NCBI RefSeq assembly: GCF_016433145.1
Contig: NC_058131.1
Span: 169,678,233-169,742,232 of the forward strand
Origin: Gracilinanus agilis
Taxonomy: Eukaryota
Reading direction: 5' to 3'
DNA length: 64,000 nt
The notes below the pieces were generated by a model. It made no database searches and was not told the origin of the DNA. It saw nothing but the letters and a program-made list of their open reading frames with translations. Positions 1 through 11,437 of the stretch are shown one piece after another. A program made the position numbers and the translations under genes. Within the stretch, counting starts at the first letter, position 1, and every line of letters starts with the position of its first letter.

Positions 1-1626
1 GAGGTGACACAGTAAGGAGGGAAAGCATTGCAAACTGACCAGATAGCTGATGTTCATATCTGATATTTTGTCTCTACTTCCCAACCCTTAAATTTTGAAA
101 GACACTCCCTTCTTAGCTCTACCAATTAAATTTCCCAGCTAACTTCAAATCACAGCTAGAATCTACCTCCTAAGATTAGATTGTATCCATTTTGTTTATA
201 CTTGTACATGCTACCTCCTTTCACTAGATTGTAAACTCCCTTCAAAGGAAGGGCTGTTTTACTTTTGTCCCAGTAAAGAGATGCATATAGACGAAAATGG
301 AATATGTTTTGCATGATTTCATATATGTGATAAATTGGAGGGAGACAATTTAGAACTCAAAAAATATTTAAATGATGTTAAAAATAAAAAGAATAAACAA
401 ATTTTTTAAAACTGTTATCATGTAGAAGACTCAAACCTTTTTGTCCCAGAGGGTAGAACTCAGGACAATAAGGTGTGTAAGATGCAATGAGGCCAACTCT
501 GGCTTGTATTGTATTGGTTCAGGAGGTAGTATGTTCCCCTATCCTGGAGGTCTTTAAGCAAAGGGTGAATAACTAGTTATTTGTTGGGTATGTTGAAAGA
601 GGATTCTTTATAATAGACTAGACTAGGTAAGACTAGGTAACCTTCAAGGTATTTTTCTGATTCTGTGAAAAACTACTAGCAGAAGCAAAGACAAACGTCA
701 CATGGAAGAAAAAGCAACTCTGGATAGTGGAAAATATAAACCCATACACTGAGGTAAAACTAATTTCTAAAGAATTTTGCAATGAATTACTCAATAAGTA
801 AGGCTTTTCACAATCAAATACCTAAAAATAAACATGCCTTTGTCAGCCTTTTACCCGTTTGTGGGTCATTACCATTTTAAAATGGAAGTCATGCCAAACA
901 TCACAATGAATGCACTCTTCTGTGTAGTATGTTATTAAAAATAACTGATAAGCAACAGATAATACTTATCATATATGACAAAAATTTATTAGCCAAGACA
1001 CAAAAAGCAAAAACCAAGTCTCCAAGCCAAAAAGAAATAGGTTTATGGAGAGAGACACAGTCTCACAATAAAGCTGGACTTTGGATGGCAACTGAAGACC
1101 CCTACCCTTGTGAGTGGCTCATTATATTGCACTGTTTTACAAAGGTGATGTCAGTAGTATAGTATCATCTGACTCAAGTAAATGTCCAGAGTGTTTTGGT
1201 CTTGTATCTTGGTCTCTACCATAGCCAGTCATGTCATTGACATAACCTCCGCTTTAGTATGAATGTGCTGCATGCTGTGCTGATTCAGCAGAGGTCAGCA
1301 TAAAAATAGGCTGTTCTGAACAGTTATGAGGCAGAAACCTGTGGATTAAGCCTAAATCTTTGGCCCAGAGTCACACAAGAGCAGATAAGGAGGATGTACA
1401 ATTTAGTCAGGTTGGGAGGGGGGCGAGGCATAATATCTGTACAAAATAGCTATAGAGTATTATAGAATTATAGATTATATAAAATACAATATCAGAACCA
1501 TAAGGGGTATGGATTTCACATTCATGTACAAAAAACTCATACTTATTTTTTAAGTTGTCTTTTTTAATACACATTTAATTTTCAGACATTTCTTCAAATA
1601 CTCCCCAAATCCCATTAGTAATGAGA

Positions 1627-1880
1627 GCTTGGTGACACAATAGTGTCAGACTTGGAATCAGATAGATCTTATTTAAATCCTGCCTTTGACATTTACTACT
1701 TATTAAGCTGTGTGATTCATAGGAAGTCATTTTCCAAGGAAACAGAAAGTCTCAGTTTCCTTATCTGCAAAATATAAAAAATAATTGCACCTACTTCACA
1801 GGGTGGTTGTGAGGTTCAAAGGAGCAAATACATAAAAGTGTTTTACAAATCTTAAAGTGCTAAATAAATGCTATTATTAT
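1627..1880 (+). mobile_element. MIR SINE (representative of many copies)
   Basis: CORE motif ctcagtttccttatctgcaaaat; many other MIR-type copies, e.g. ~2905-3305, 13495-13715, 20700-20880, 61955-62210. Confidence 0.75.
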
Positions 1881-2149
1881 ATGGTTAGTGAAAATAATAT
1901 TTAAGATACCATGTTACAGTGAGGTCATAAATAATTCTTTACAATGGTATGGGCAAAGTTATAAGCAAAACATGTATGATAACAAATCACAAATTTGGTT
2001 ACAATGCAATTTTGAAATTATAAGTATATTGTTTAAAAAAATCTCAGTTAACTGGATCTGATAAGGAAAGACTTGCCACAAAAAAGTGAAAATTACAAAT
2101 CTGAGAAGATTTATTCTTAATATTGTATCATTTGATTTCTAATATTGCT

Positions 2150-2900
2150 CTGTAACATTGTATTTTATGTTCAAGCCTCTTCCTCATTCTTTTGTCCTGA
2201 CAAACCTAGGAAGGTTCTTATATTCCTCGCCCCAGAGCATCTTCTAAAATTGGATTGAGAATTTAAGTTCTATCCTTTCTTGTGAACAGAACTAGTTTCA
2301 TGGAAAACAGGTCCAGGGTCAGCAAGGCAGGGCATAGACTTCTTCCATTAGGATGAACAATGGAAGTCAAACTTAACCAGAGCAAGCTTGATTTCTCTAT
2401 CTAGATCAGCAAAGACACTGGAATCCTGTGATCAGGCATGTGACTTCCCATCCCCCACCCCACCATCATTAGGGGATCAGCAAAGGACTAGAAAATATTA
2501 GCCCACCTCCTTATTAGGTACTAATCAGAGATATTTGGGCTGTCCAGGGGAGAGCTGAATAATGAGCTTTCAGAATTCTATTTAAATGAGTCAAGACTCT
2601 AGATAAATCTACTCTGGCCATCAAGAGAGATCTTGAACCATTAATTGTTTATTGGCAGCCTTTCTTACCTGGAATCAAATTTTTACTCCTCACAAATTAG
2701 AGAAGTTTCTGCCATTTGAAAATCAACATGTTCAAAATACATCTTTCATGCAAAATCCACCTCCTTTACAAACTTCCTTACTTCTGTCAAAGTTATTATC
2801 ATTACTCTCCAGTGGTTTCCTATTATCTCTAGGATCAAATATAAACTTTTTTATCTAGCATTTAGAGTTCTTTGCAATCTAGCCCAACGGACCTTGCTGT
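2150..2900 (+). mobile_element. Possible LTR relic in ADAM9 intron 1
   Basis: Begins TGTAA and has LTR-like composition, but no TSD could be found. Confidence 0.3.
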
Positions 2901-4059
2901 AGACTGGCTTAGAAAAGTAGAACACTAACTAAAGTTGGAGTCAGGAAGATCTATGTTCATATCTCACTTCAGACTTTAAACTAGCTATGCAACCCTGAGA
3001 AGAGGTCATTCAATTTCTCCAAGCCTTAATTTCCTCATCTGTAAAATGGGAGAGGAAAGTATTGAAATAAGCATTTATGTAATGCCTACTATGTGCCAGG
3101 CACAGTGCTAAGTACTTTACATTCTCATTTAACTCACAACAAGGCTGGTATTATAACTTATTTTACAGAAAAGAAAAAGGAGGCAAACAAAGGTTAAGTG
3201 ATTTGCCCAGGGCCATAGAGCTAGTAAAAGTCTGAAACCAGAGTAGGCCTCAGATCTTCCTGATTCTAGGTTCAGCACTCTATCCACCCTACTACCAGCT
3301 GCCTCAGAAGTGCCTAAAATGGCAATAAGAAATGAATTGATGACTTTGTACTTGGAAAGAGTAATTGGAAGAGAACTCAAATATTCCAAAATTTCTAGCC
3401 TGCACTAAATTCAGTTATTTTTTTAAAGAGTAATCTGGATTGAGATAAAAAAAGCACAAATTATGTTCCCATGAGCTCAAGTCTCCACTGATGGCTCCCA
3501 TCACCACCTAATACAATTCCCATGATAGCAGTGTACTGTATTTAAACAAATACATCCTAACGTATGAGGTTTAAAAAAAAAGTTTTTGAAGGTACACTAT
3601 CCCAGTGCATATGAGGAACCTGATGAAATAACAAAAGAGTAAGAGTCATTTCCAGAAAAAAGCCAAGGCACTAATGACTAACTCTCAGGGTTAGCTAATC
3701 TCAAAGGAAGACAAAAATCAATTTACTGGTGAAAGATTGCTAAACTATAGAAACTGAGCACTTAAACTCCAAAGAGAAATACTGAAAATAAAAAAATCAA
3801 GTAAATCATACCTGATCTTTTTATTCTGTTTACTAGTTTTTAGCCTTCTAGTGTCTTTAATATCCCAAACTAGAAATATGTATAGAGACCCTACCCCCAA
3901 ATCACTAGTCATACCTCTAGGTCTATAACCCATATCCCATATCATATGCCACATAACCTATAACTACTTTCTGGACCAATGCCAGTAGGTCCTTATTTCT
4001 AGATATAGTTTTACACTCCAGTCAGACCTTAAGTATAACTCATTGATTTGGGGGTTTGA

Positions 4060-5050
4060 CCTTGGGAGTTCAGATGAATTCAGGCCCAGAGGAGATATTG
4101 TGGGGGAGAATGGTTGGGGAGGTGGGTCTGAGCCAAGAACAGCAAAGAAAGAGGAGAGAGGCCAACCCTGGGGGAAATCTTTGGGGTAAAAAAGGTGGGA
4201 GCCTGGGTAAAGAAAGGTGAGCAAGGCATGGGCAAAGACCAGGAGCCCAGAGTACAGAGATGAGAAAGCCTGGATAAGGAGTGAGTGGGGATTCCAGGGT
4301 AAAGCGCTGGATAAAGGAGTGAGAGGAACCCAGGATATAGAGGGGTGGAAGCCAGGGATAAAAAGTGTTTCGCCCGGGGCAATGGAGGTTGGCGGAGGAG
4401 GGGGGCTAGCCTAGGGTAAAGCATCTGGTAAAGATGTGGAGGAAGCACGGGGTAAAGGGGTGAAAGTCTGGGATAAAAGCGAGGAGGGGATGACACCCCT
4501 AGGTACGGCGCCTGGTAAAGAAGTGGTGAGGAGCTGTAGAGGTGGAAGGTTGGGGTAAAGAGAGGGTGAAGCCCAGACACAGTGGGGTGGGAGCCTGAGG
4601 TAAAGGGGCAGGAAAGGGGTAAAGAAGGGTGGAAGCCTGGGGTAAAGTCCAGGATACAGAGATGGAAGTTTGGGATAAAGTGGCAGGGGAGCCCAGGATA
4701 AAGCTTCTAGTAATGGGTTGGGATTAGTCCGGGGTACTGAGGGGTAAAGTGAGGCGGGGGGGAGGGGGGGGGAGAGAAACCAAGGTAAAACTCCTAGTGT
4801 TGAGGTGGGTGTAACCCCGGGGTGCAGAGGAGTGGAAGCCTGGGGTAAAGAGAGAGTGAAGCTCAGATAAGTGGGGTGAAATCCTGGGGTAAAGTGACGG
4901 GGGGAGCGAAGATAAAGCTCCCGGGGAAAGTAGTGGGAGCAGCCCAGGGTACAGAGAAGTGGAAGCCTGGAATAAAGTGGGGGGATTGGGGAGCCAGGGG
5001 CAAAAGGAGGTTTAAAGTTAAAGGGTAGAGAGAAAAGCCTGGGGTAGGAT
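4060..5050 (+). repeat. Degenerate G-rich minisatellite (~22-bp unit) in ADAM9 intron 1
   Basis: Dozens of GG(G/A)TAAAG..GTGGAAGCC(T/C) variants, e.g. gcctggggtaaag, cccaggataaag, gcctggaataaag. Confidence 0.8.
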
Positions 5051-5196
5051 GGATCCGGCCCAGCGACCCCAAGGCCTGTCCCAAGCGCAGCCTTAGTCCA
5101 GCTTCAAGCTCCAGCGCCCTGCCTCGCGCCCCCTGCACCCTCGGGAAAGAGGGAGCAAAAGCTACACTCCCCAAAGGGACAGAGGGGGCCACGCAC

Positions 5197-5305
5197 CTGC
5201 CTGCGCCGCTCCCAAGGCTGGCCCCAGGCAGGCAAGCAGCAAAAGCCCTAGTAGTCGCCGCCGCCTCCGCCGCCGGCGCCCCGAGGCGCTGGAGAACGAA
5301 TCCAT
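5197..5305 (-). CDS. ADAM9: ADAM9 exon 1 (signal peptide); the rest of the gene lies off the left edge
   Basis: Minus strand reads ATG..MDSFSSASGRRRRRRRRLLGLLLLACLGPALGAAQA-G|GTGCGT (109 nt, phase 1). It resembles the human ADAM9 N-terminus (..LLLLGLVGPVLGAARPG) and lies head-to-head with TM2D2 as in human. Not in the ORF track. Confidence 0.88.
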
Positions 5306-5329
5306 GTAGTCTCTGTCCTCCGCTGCGGC

Positions 5330-5362
5330 TCAGTGCTCTGTCGCCTCCGCTTCCTCCATCAT
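5330..5362 (-). other. Upstream ORF in the ADAM9 leader (MMEEAEATEH*)
   Basis: ATG ATG GAG GAA GCG GAG GCG ACA GAG CAC TGA, ending 24 nt before the ADAM9 ATG. Confidence 0.6.
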
Positions 5363-5752
5363 ACCGGACTCGGCCGGGAGCCCGAGAAGCAACATGCGCA
5401 TGCGCACAACGATTCAGGACCCAATTCCCAACAGGGACCTAGATGAGAATAGCGAGCCACGCCCCATACTCCAAACATTTTCCCTTCCCTCCTTTCTCCG
5501 CTCTTCCTTTTCACGTGAGACTCTGCGAGGGCCAATGAGGGAATACCCACCACGAGACTCCGCCTCCAATACGCCACGAAGGGGGGAGGGCTCCAAATGA
5601 GATAGTCCATTGGCCGGCTCGGGGCGAAGGGCGGGGTCGTACGGCGCCTACCAGCTGCGGCGAGGCGGCCTACATTGAGAGTTCCAGATTCAGCTGTGCC
5701 GGGACCTGGATTTCCAATCCAGGCCGGTTAAAGGCTATCAGGCCCAGGGAGG

Positions 5753-5985
5753 ATGGTGTTCGGGGGTTTCCCGGTGAGCTACGTGCTGCTCTGCGGCCAA
5801 GCGGCGTTGCTGCTTGGAAACTTGTTGCTGCTGCACTGTGTGTCGCGGAGCCTGTCGTACAACACCACAGCCGAACCCGAAGCCATGGCCCCCGGATCCG
5901 CGAGCACGACCCACCTCGAGGGCCTCGAGTCGCAGATGCTGGTCTACACCGATCCCCGCTCCCCGGTCATCCTGTGCGCCTTTCT
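5753..5985 (+). CDS. TM2D2: TM2 domain-containing protein 2, exon 1
   Basis: [33 protein letters not shown]...[13 protein letters not shown]|GTAAG; 233 nt, phase 2. Confidence 0.97.
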
Positions 5986-6396
5986 GTAAGCGGCCCAGGC
6001 TCCGGGAGGCGGGGGAGCGAGCGCGAGCCGGAAAGGGATGCATAAAACCCTGTCTTGTTCTCTCGCTGCTACCGGGGAGGAGGGTGACCCGAAAGACCCC
6101 ACCTGCTTTCTTGCCTCAAGCAAGGGCAGGTGAAGGATGAGGCTGTTGGTAGTGGGGTTCCTTGCACTAGGGAGAATTGGTACACTTTGAATTAAGGAGG
6201 TTGATGCACTCTCCAGGTCTTCCGGAGCAGGTGAAAACTTGGCTTTGGGGCTGGCCCTGGGGAAGGTTGAGGGGTGTGAGGGGAAAGGCGCCTGATTTAC
6301 TTTGTGAAAAATCGAATAATTTAATTCCTTAAGGTTTTATCGAGTCAGCTTCCTACTAGTTGTTCATCACTGTGTGCAGCTATATGAAGATATCTA

Positions 6397-6595
6397 GGGG
6401 GCAGTGGATTGAGAGCCAGACCTCGAAACAGGAGGTCCTGGGTTCAGATATGACCTCAGACAACTTTCTAGCATTGTGACCCTGAGCAAGTCACTTAACC
6501 ATCATTGCCTAGTCCTTACTGGTCTTCTACCTTGGAACCAATATGTAGTATTGATTCTAAAATGGAAGGTAAGGGTTTTTTTTTTTCTTTTTAAA
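6397..6595 (+). mobile_element. SINE1_Mdo-like tRNA-derived SINE
   Basis: ggcagtggattgagagccag..gtcacttaacc..cattgcctag..cttggaaccaat..gattctaaaatggaaggtaaggg. Confidence 0.8.
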
Positions 6596-7099
6596 AAGAT
6601 ACCAAAGAAGTACTTACTCATAGGGATCATAAAGTAGGACCTCAGATTCTGTATCTTTTTTAATAATAACTCCTTTAAAAAAACCTAAAAACCTCTAGTT
6701 ATTCCTTCCTTTGACCCTTATACGTTCTTATGACACAGAATTCTGGTCACCCTGGGTTCTTGAAAGGTTCAAATTTGAAAGGTTTTGAGTACCTGCAAAA
6801 GAAGGAACTGAGTGGTTCTGTCTGAGAGCCAATCTAGCTGACTTAAGAAAAGTCTATCACTAGAAGGTTGACCACCAGATGAGATGAATTTTGGAGCCAC
6901 AGCAACACATGAAGATGTCCAATAAAATAGGAAGGAATTGCCATCCAATCCACGCCCATTGAAATATTACATCTAGCGAAATATGTTCTGATGGGGTAAG
7001 AAAAAACTGGGAATAATTTTAAAACTAAAACTTTGATGGCTTCAGGAATAGAATCTAAGTTAATACTAGTTAAGGCTCTAAAAGAAGCAATTTAATAGA

Positions 7100-7980
7100 G
7101 ATAAATGTTCTAGGGTTTACTCAAAGTCAAAAAAATCAATTGTGCAAAAACATGAAGCATGGAGAATATATGGCTACCGAGTAACTGTGTACCTGAAATC
7201 CCCCAGGGCTTTGAGAACTCCAAGCTCCCTATGTCAGTTAACACCCACAAGTTGATTTTGTCTAAAGTTGTAATAAGAGAAACAGAATGCCTTTCCCTGA
7301 TCGGTCCACATCTTAACTATCCTTTCCAGTTCCGGAAACCACATATAATAAATAACATTTACATAGCACTTTAAGGTATGCTGAGAACTTTAAAATTCTA
7401 TCTATCATTTAATCCTTTCAACAACTCTGGGAATTGATTGCTATTATTATCCTTATTTTACAGTTAAGGAAGCTGAGACAAGTATGGTTAAATGAGATTA
7501 AAGGGTCAGACAGCTAGTAAAACAGATTTGAACCTAGATCTTCCTGACTCCTAAACCCAATGTGCTCTATCTGCTATTCCACTTAGTTGCCTAGAAAAAT
7601 TGACTAACTGGAACATACACAGAAGAAAACAGTCAGGATTGGTGGAGGCCTTAAAACCTCACCACTTTAAGACTGGTTGAAGGACCTGAGAATGTGTAGT
7701 CTGGTAAAAAGGAATTTAAGGATATGGTTGCTATAAACATTCAAAAGGTTGTCATGTCAAAGAGGGATTACATTTGTTCAGCTCAAGCAGAACTTGGACT
7801 ATAAGTTGTAAGTTATAATTTAATAATTGTAATCTAATAATTTAGTGTATTGCAAATTATAATTGGAGCCATCCAAAAGTGGACTTAGTGACTTCTAAAG
7901 TCATTGGGTTCCTTGAGTTCTTTTAGCAGAGATTGTTGTAGACTTGGGTCCACACCTGGCTTCTGACAATTCTATCTGTA
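7100..7980 (+). mobile_element. CR1/L3 relic interrupted by a MIR (~7355-7590)
   Basis: gactggttgaaggacctgagaatgtgtagtctggt..aaaggttgtcatgtcaaagagggatt CR1-like 3' RT sequence. Confidence 0.55.
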
Positions 7981-8398
7981 TGAACTTGGGCTAATCACAT
8001 AAAACTCCTTGGACCTCGTTTCCTCTTTTGGAAAATGAGAAGTTCATTCTAGCTCTAGATCTATGATGCAATGTACTTTGAGGTTCCTTTCAGTTTTAGG
8101 GTTCCATAGGTCAGTTTGTTCCAGAGCTTTTTAGTAAACAAAAGTAAAATTCCAAATAGCTTTCCTGAAATTCCTAATTTGTACTATCTCTGCAACCCTG
8201 CCCACTATCTCCAAATTATAACAGAACATTTTAAAAGGAACATATTTACTTCCCCTTTGATCAGTGTAACTGATAGACATTTGTGATTAGAGGAAAATGA
8301 GAATATTTCCATTGTCTGTTTTGGGATGAAGAAATGTACAGATAAATAGTTATATACAAAGATCCATTAACAACATTCATTTTACTGGTGGTTTATAG

Positions 8399-8486
8399 GC
8401 CTGATGAATTTATAAAGTGTGATGACCCTGTGGATCATGTTGGAAATTCAACTGCCTCCCAGGAACTGGGTTATGGATGTGTCAAG
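8399..8486 (+). CDS. TM2D2: TM2D2 exon 2
   Basis: TAG|[30 protein letters not shown]|GTGAG; 88 nt. Confidence 0.97.
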
Positions 8487-9241
8487 GTGAGTTTTTAATA
8501 AACTATTCCTCATAGATTATCCTTAATATTTATCATACAAAAGGCCTGACACTTGTTTTGTGGTAAATACCATTCACATCTTTTATTTTTAAAAGAAAAA
8601 TTGAAGTTTAAATCCCATTACAATAGACATCAAAGGAATATCCAATTTTTTTGTTGTAATGGAATTTCATTATAGTAAATATTACTATAGAATACATTCT
8701 CTGGTCCAAGTGCAATAGGTAAAATTAAGCAAGACATTTAACCTCCCTTAAAAGTGCTCAAAACTGCCTACATGTTGAAACCAACCTTCCTTTTGTCTTG
8801 ACTCTGCTTTTGGTTTCTTGAAATCAACAGAAGCTTTTGGATTTTTTTTTTTTATTCCCACCATCAGCCATTATCCAGAATATATCTTCTATGAAAACTA
8901 TGCTATATTACTCTCCAGGTGAGACAACAAACTAGGCAATAGAAGAAAAGCCATTCAACATAATGAGTTAGCTTTTGAAAAATACTTGCAACCTTCAAAT
9001 ATAGGATGCATGATCTAATCAATTATACTTTTTCCCCTCAAGCACTATTTTTGAACTTGTACTATGATTAACTCTTGAGTAGTTATATAATTTTTTTCTA
9101 AAAATTCAAATGAATCTGTTCTATTTGAGAGTTTCTTCCAGCAATACTGTTCAAAGTTTACCCTATCAGTTCATCCCATGTGGCTCTTTTCCAGGTCACC
9201 CCATAAGTTCCATCTAGGAGAGGGGTACCCAAAGGCTAGGA

Positions 9242-9456
9242 CAATGATGAGCAAATTTTTTAAAGAGGGGGCCAAAGGAAAGGAAATGCTCATCTGTCAG
9301 TCTGTTTCTAAGGCAACTCTTTAGAAGTTTCATTATATTGTATCCTACTCATTGTATTCGTCAGATTAGGAATAATGTCACAGGACCGGATAGAGCATCT
9401 CAGGGCCACCCCCCCCCCCCAATCTGGCCCTCTGGCCCTAGTTTGCCCATCAGAGG
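9242..9456. mobile_element. hAT MITE (OC1/OposCharlie-like) in TM2D2 intron 2
   Basis: TIR-like CAATGATGAGCAAA / TTTGCCCATCAGAG; 8-bp TSD GGCTAGGA (9234-9241, 9457-9464). Family name from memory. Confidence 0.75.
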
Positions 9457-10619
9457 GGCTAGGAGCCTTCCTTACTTTCTCCTGTCATTGAGAAGGTAGC
9501 AATGAAGCACTCTATCCATCTATCTTCCCTCTTTCTGGCATATTTCATAATTCCTTAATATTGTCTTTTACTCTTCTTCAGAATTCCTCATTACTTGTAA
9601 TTTACACTCTTCACACTCACAGTACACATCTCAATTGACCTCTATGTGATACTTTTTTCTTTTGAGAGAGAAAATTACACCTCAGTTTTGTGATATGCAG
9701 AAATGGGCAGCCATTTTCTGTAGGCACAAGTTAGCAGTTTGCCACTTTGGAACACAGAACCTGGCAAAGCACCCAGGGCATGTGCCAGAGTGACAGTTAA
9801 GGATATGGTATAAATTGGGGCCCACAAACCCCTGGGGTCTTCACTTCTTTCTCTCATCTCAAGGGTGAGGGAGGAGGTAGTGGCAAACTGGGCCCCTGGG
9901 TGGTTTGGGAGATTTGGATTAGGCAGGCAGGTAGGGACAACTTTCATTGCTAGTCAAATCAATATCTTATTGGCGTAGCCAACAACCTTTAAATCAAGCA
10001 AGATTAAACAGCTACTTTCAAGAAAACAACAGCCTCTGGGATCAGCTACAAACAGCAACAGAGCTGGGAAGTGTCCCTCAAGGTCTTCCCATACTCTGCA
10101 CCTTAGGGAATAATATGTGTTTCAAGATTTATTTTAGTTTCAAATAATTAGGCAAGATAATTTAGGGTACCCTTCACTCACCTTTCCTTCTCCCTCAGTT
10201 TGATTACAAATAAACCCTGTTTGATCCTAAAGCCTAAATAATCTTTGAAACCAACTACTTACCTTAGTAACAGTAACTAGTTTCAAGCGGTCAGATCAGG
10301 ATAACATCTCTAACTGGCTATAGTCTTTTCCAAGCCATTGTGATCCTTTATTTCAACCTAAGGTTTCAGGAACTCACATTCTACTTCCTGGAAACCCCTA
10401 CCTACTGCCTGGCTGGATTGGTTTCTAAGGCTTTGTGGTTTAACAAAGAATCTTGAGCTTTTAAAGGAGGCTTAACCCAGCTTGTGTGGGAACAAATCTA
10501 TACTCAAATCTAGCTGTGGTTAGGCACCTTCTCTCCCTATTTAAGCATCCATCACTAGCATCTCCTGAGCCCCTCCTTGCTGCTCATAACAGTTTTCACT
10601 CAGAATTCATCAGTTCTTT

Positions 10620-11200
10620 CCTTGGAGGTAGAGAGCATTTGCATTTGTCATTATAAGTCTTTCAGAATTGTCTTGGATCATTGTATTGATCAGAGTAGCT
10701 AAGTCTTTCACAATTCATCATCATTACAGTATTACTGTTAGTGTATACAGTAATCTCCTATTTCTGGCTAATATCACTTTGTATCAATTCATATAAGTGT
10801 TCCCAGGTTTTAAGAAAATAAGGCTTTTCTTAAAGAAATTTGCTGTAAAATTTCTTTAAATTACTTCACTGTCTTTGGGACCTTTTAGCAAAATGTAGTT
10901 TCCCTTATTATCTCTTTTAATTAGGTCTGTTTTTGCTTTTGCTTTGTTTAAGATCATGGTTGCTATTCTTGCCTTTTTTACTTTAGCTGAAGCATAATAG
11001 AGTATGCTCCCAGACTCTTTATTTTCAAACTGTGTGTATCTTTCTGTTTCAAGTATGCCTCTTTTAAATAGCATATTGTTGGATTCTAATATCTAATACA
11101 TTCTACTATCTGCTTCTGTTTTGTGGATGAATTTAGCCCTTTCCTATTCACAGTTAAGATTACCAACTGTGTATTTCCCTCCAGCATTTTCTCCTGTATA
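10620..11200 (-). mobile_element. L1 relics including an ORF2 endonuclease fragment
   Basis: ORF 10856-11074 (YYASAKVKKARIATMILNKAKAKTDLIKRDNKGNYILLKG) resembles L1 EN (YQANG..KKAGVAIL..IKRDKEGHYIMVKG). Confidence 0.75.
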
Positions 11201-11254
11201 TCTTGATTTCACTGTCCCCTGTGACAGTTTTTAATTATATGAAGGCATTTGTAT

Positions 11255-11437
11255 TTTTTTAAAATAAAACCCTTAACTTCCATGTTTGAATCAATATTAT
11301 GTATTGATTCCAAGGCAGAAAAGTGATAAGGCCTAGGCAATGGGGGTTGTGACTTGCCCATAGTCATACAGCTAAGAAATGTCTTAAGACCAGATTTGAA
11401 CCCAGGTTCATCTCCCATCTCTGGATCTGGTTCTCAA
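11255..11437 (-). mobile_element. SINE1_Mdo-like SINE
   Basis: Reverse copy of the same consensus; further copies at ~29225-29425(-), ~30000-30165(-), ~30585-30770(+), ~35745-35870(+, truncated). Confidence 0.8.

Larger units (their letters stand above)
5040..6150. promoter_or_regulatory. CpG island / bidirectional ADAM9-TM2D2 promoter
   Basis: CpG-dense in an otherwise CpG-poor window. The two ATGs are 447 bp apart. Motifs: NRF1 palindrome TGCGCATGCGCA 5395-5406, E-box TCACGTGA 5511-5518, CCAAT 5532 and 5566, ATTGG 5609, GC box 5629-5636. Confidence 0.9.

Noticed and set aside
4080-4580. 166-aa Pro/Leu/Tyr-rich minus-strand ORF (and 4863-5192)
   Set aside because: A by-product of the C-rich strand of the minisatellite in ADAM9 intron 1; periodic LYP pattern and no recognisable domain. 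The 4863-5192 ORF starts at GTG, not ATG.
1-5196. ADAM9 exon 2
   Set aside because: No SSYEIITPW-like coding segment was found on the minus strand; it is presumably left of the window.
5986-5989. 78-aa TM2D2 ORF ending right after exon 1
   Set aside because: The TAA lies in the intron (CT|GTAAG donor); normal splicing continues the frame.
9880-10600. Possible LTR/ERV-like sequence in TM2D2 intron 2
   Set aside because: It has an AATAAA and unusual composition, but I could not find TG..CA termini with a TSD, so it is left unannotated.
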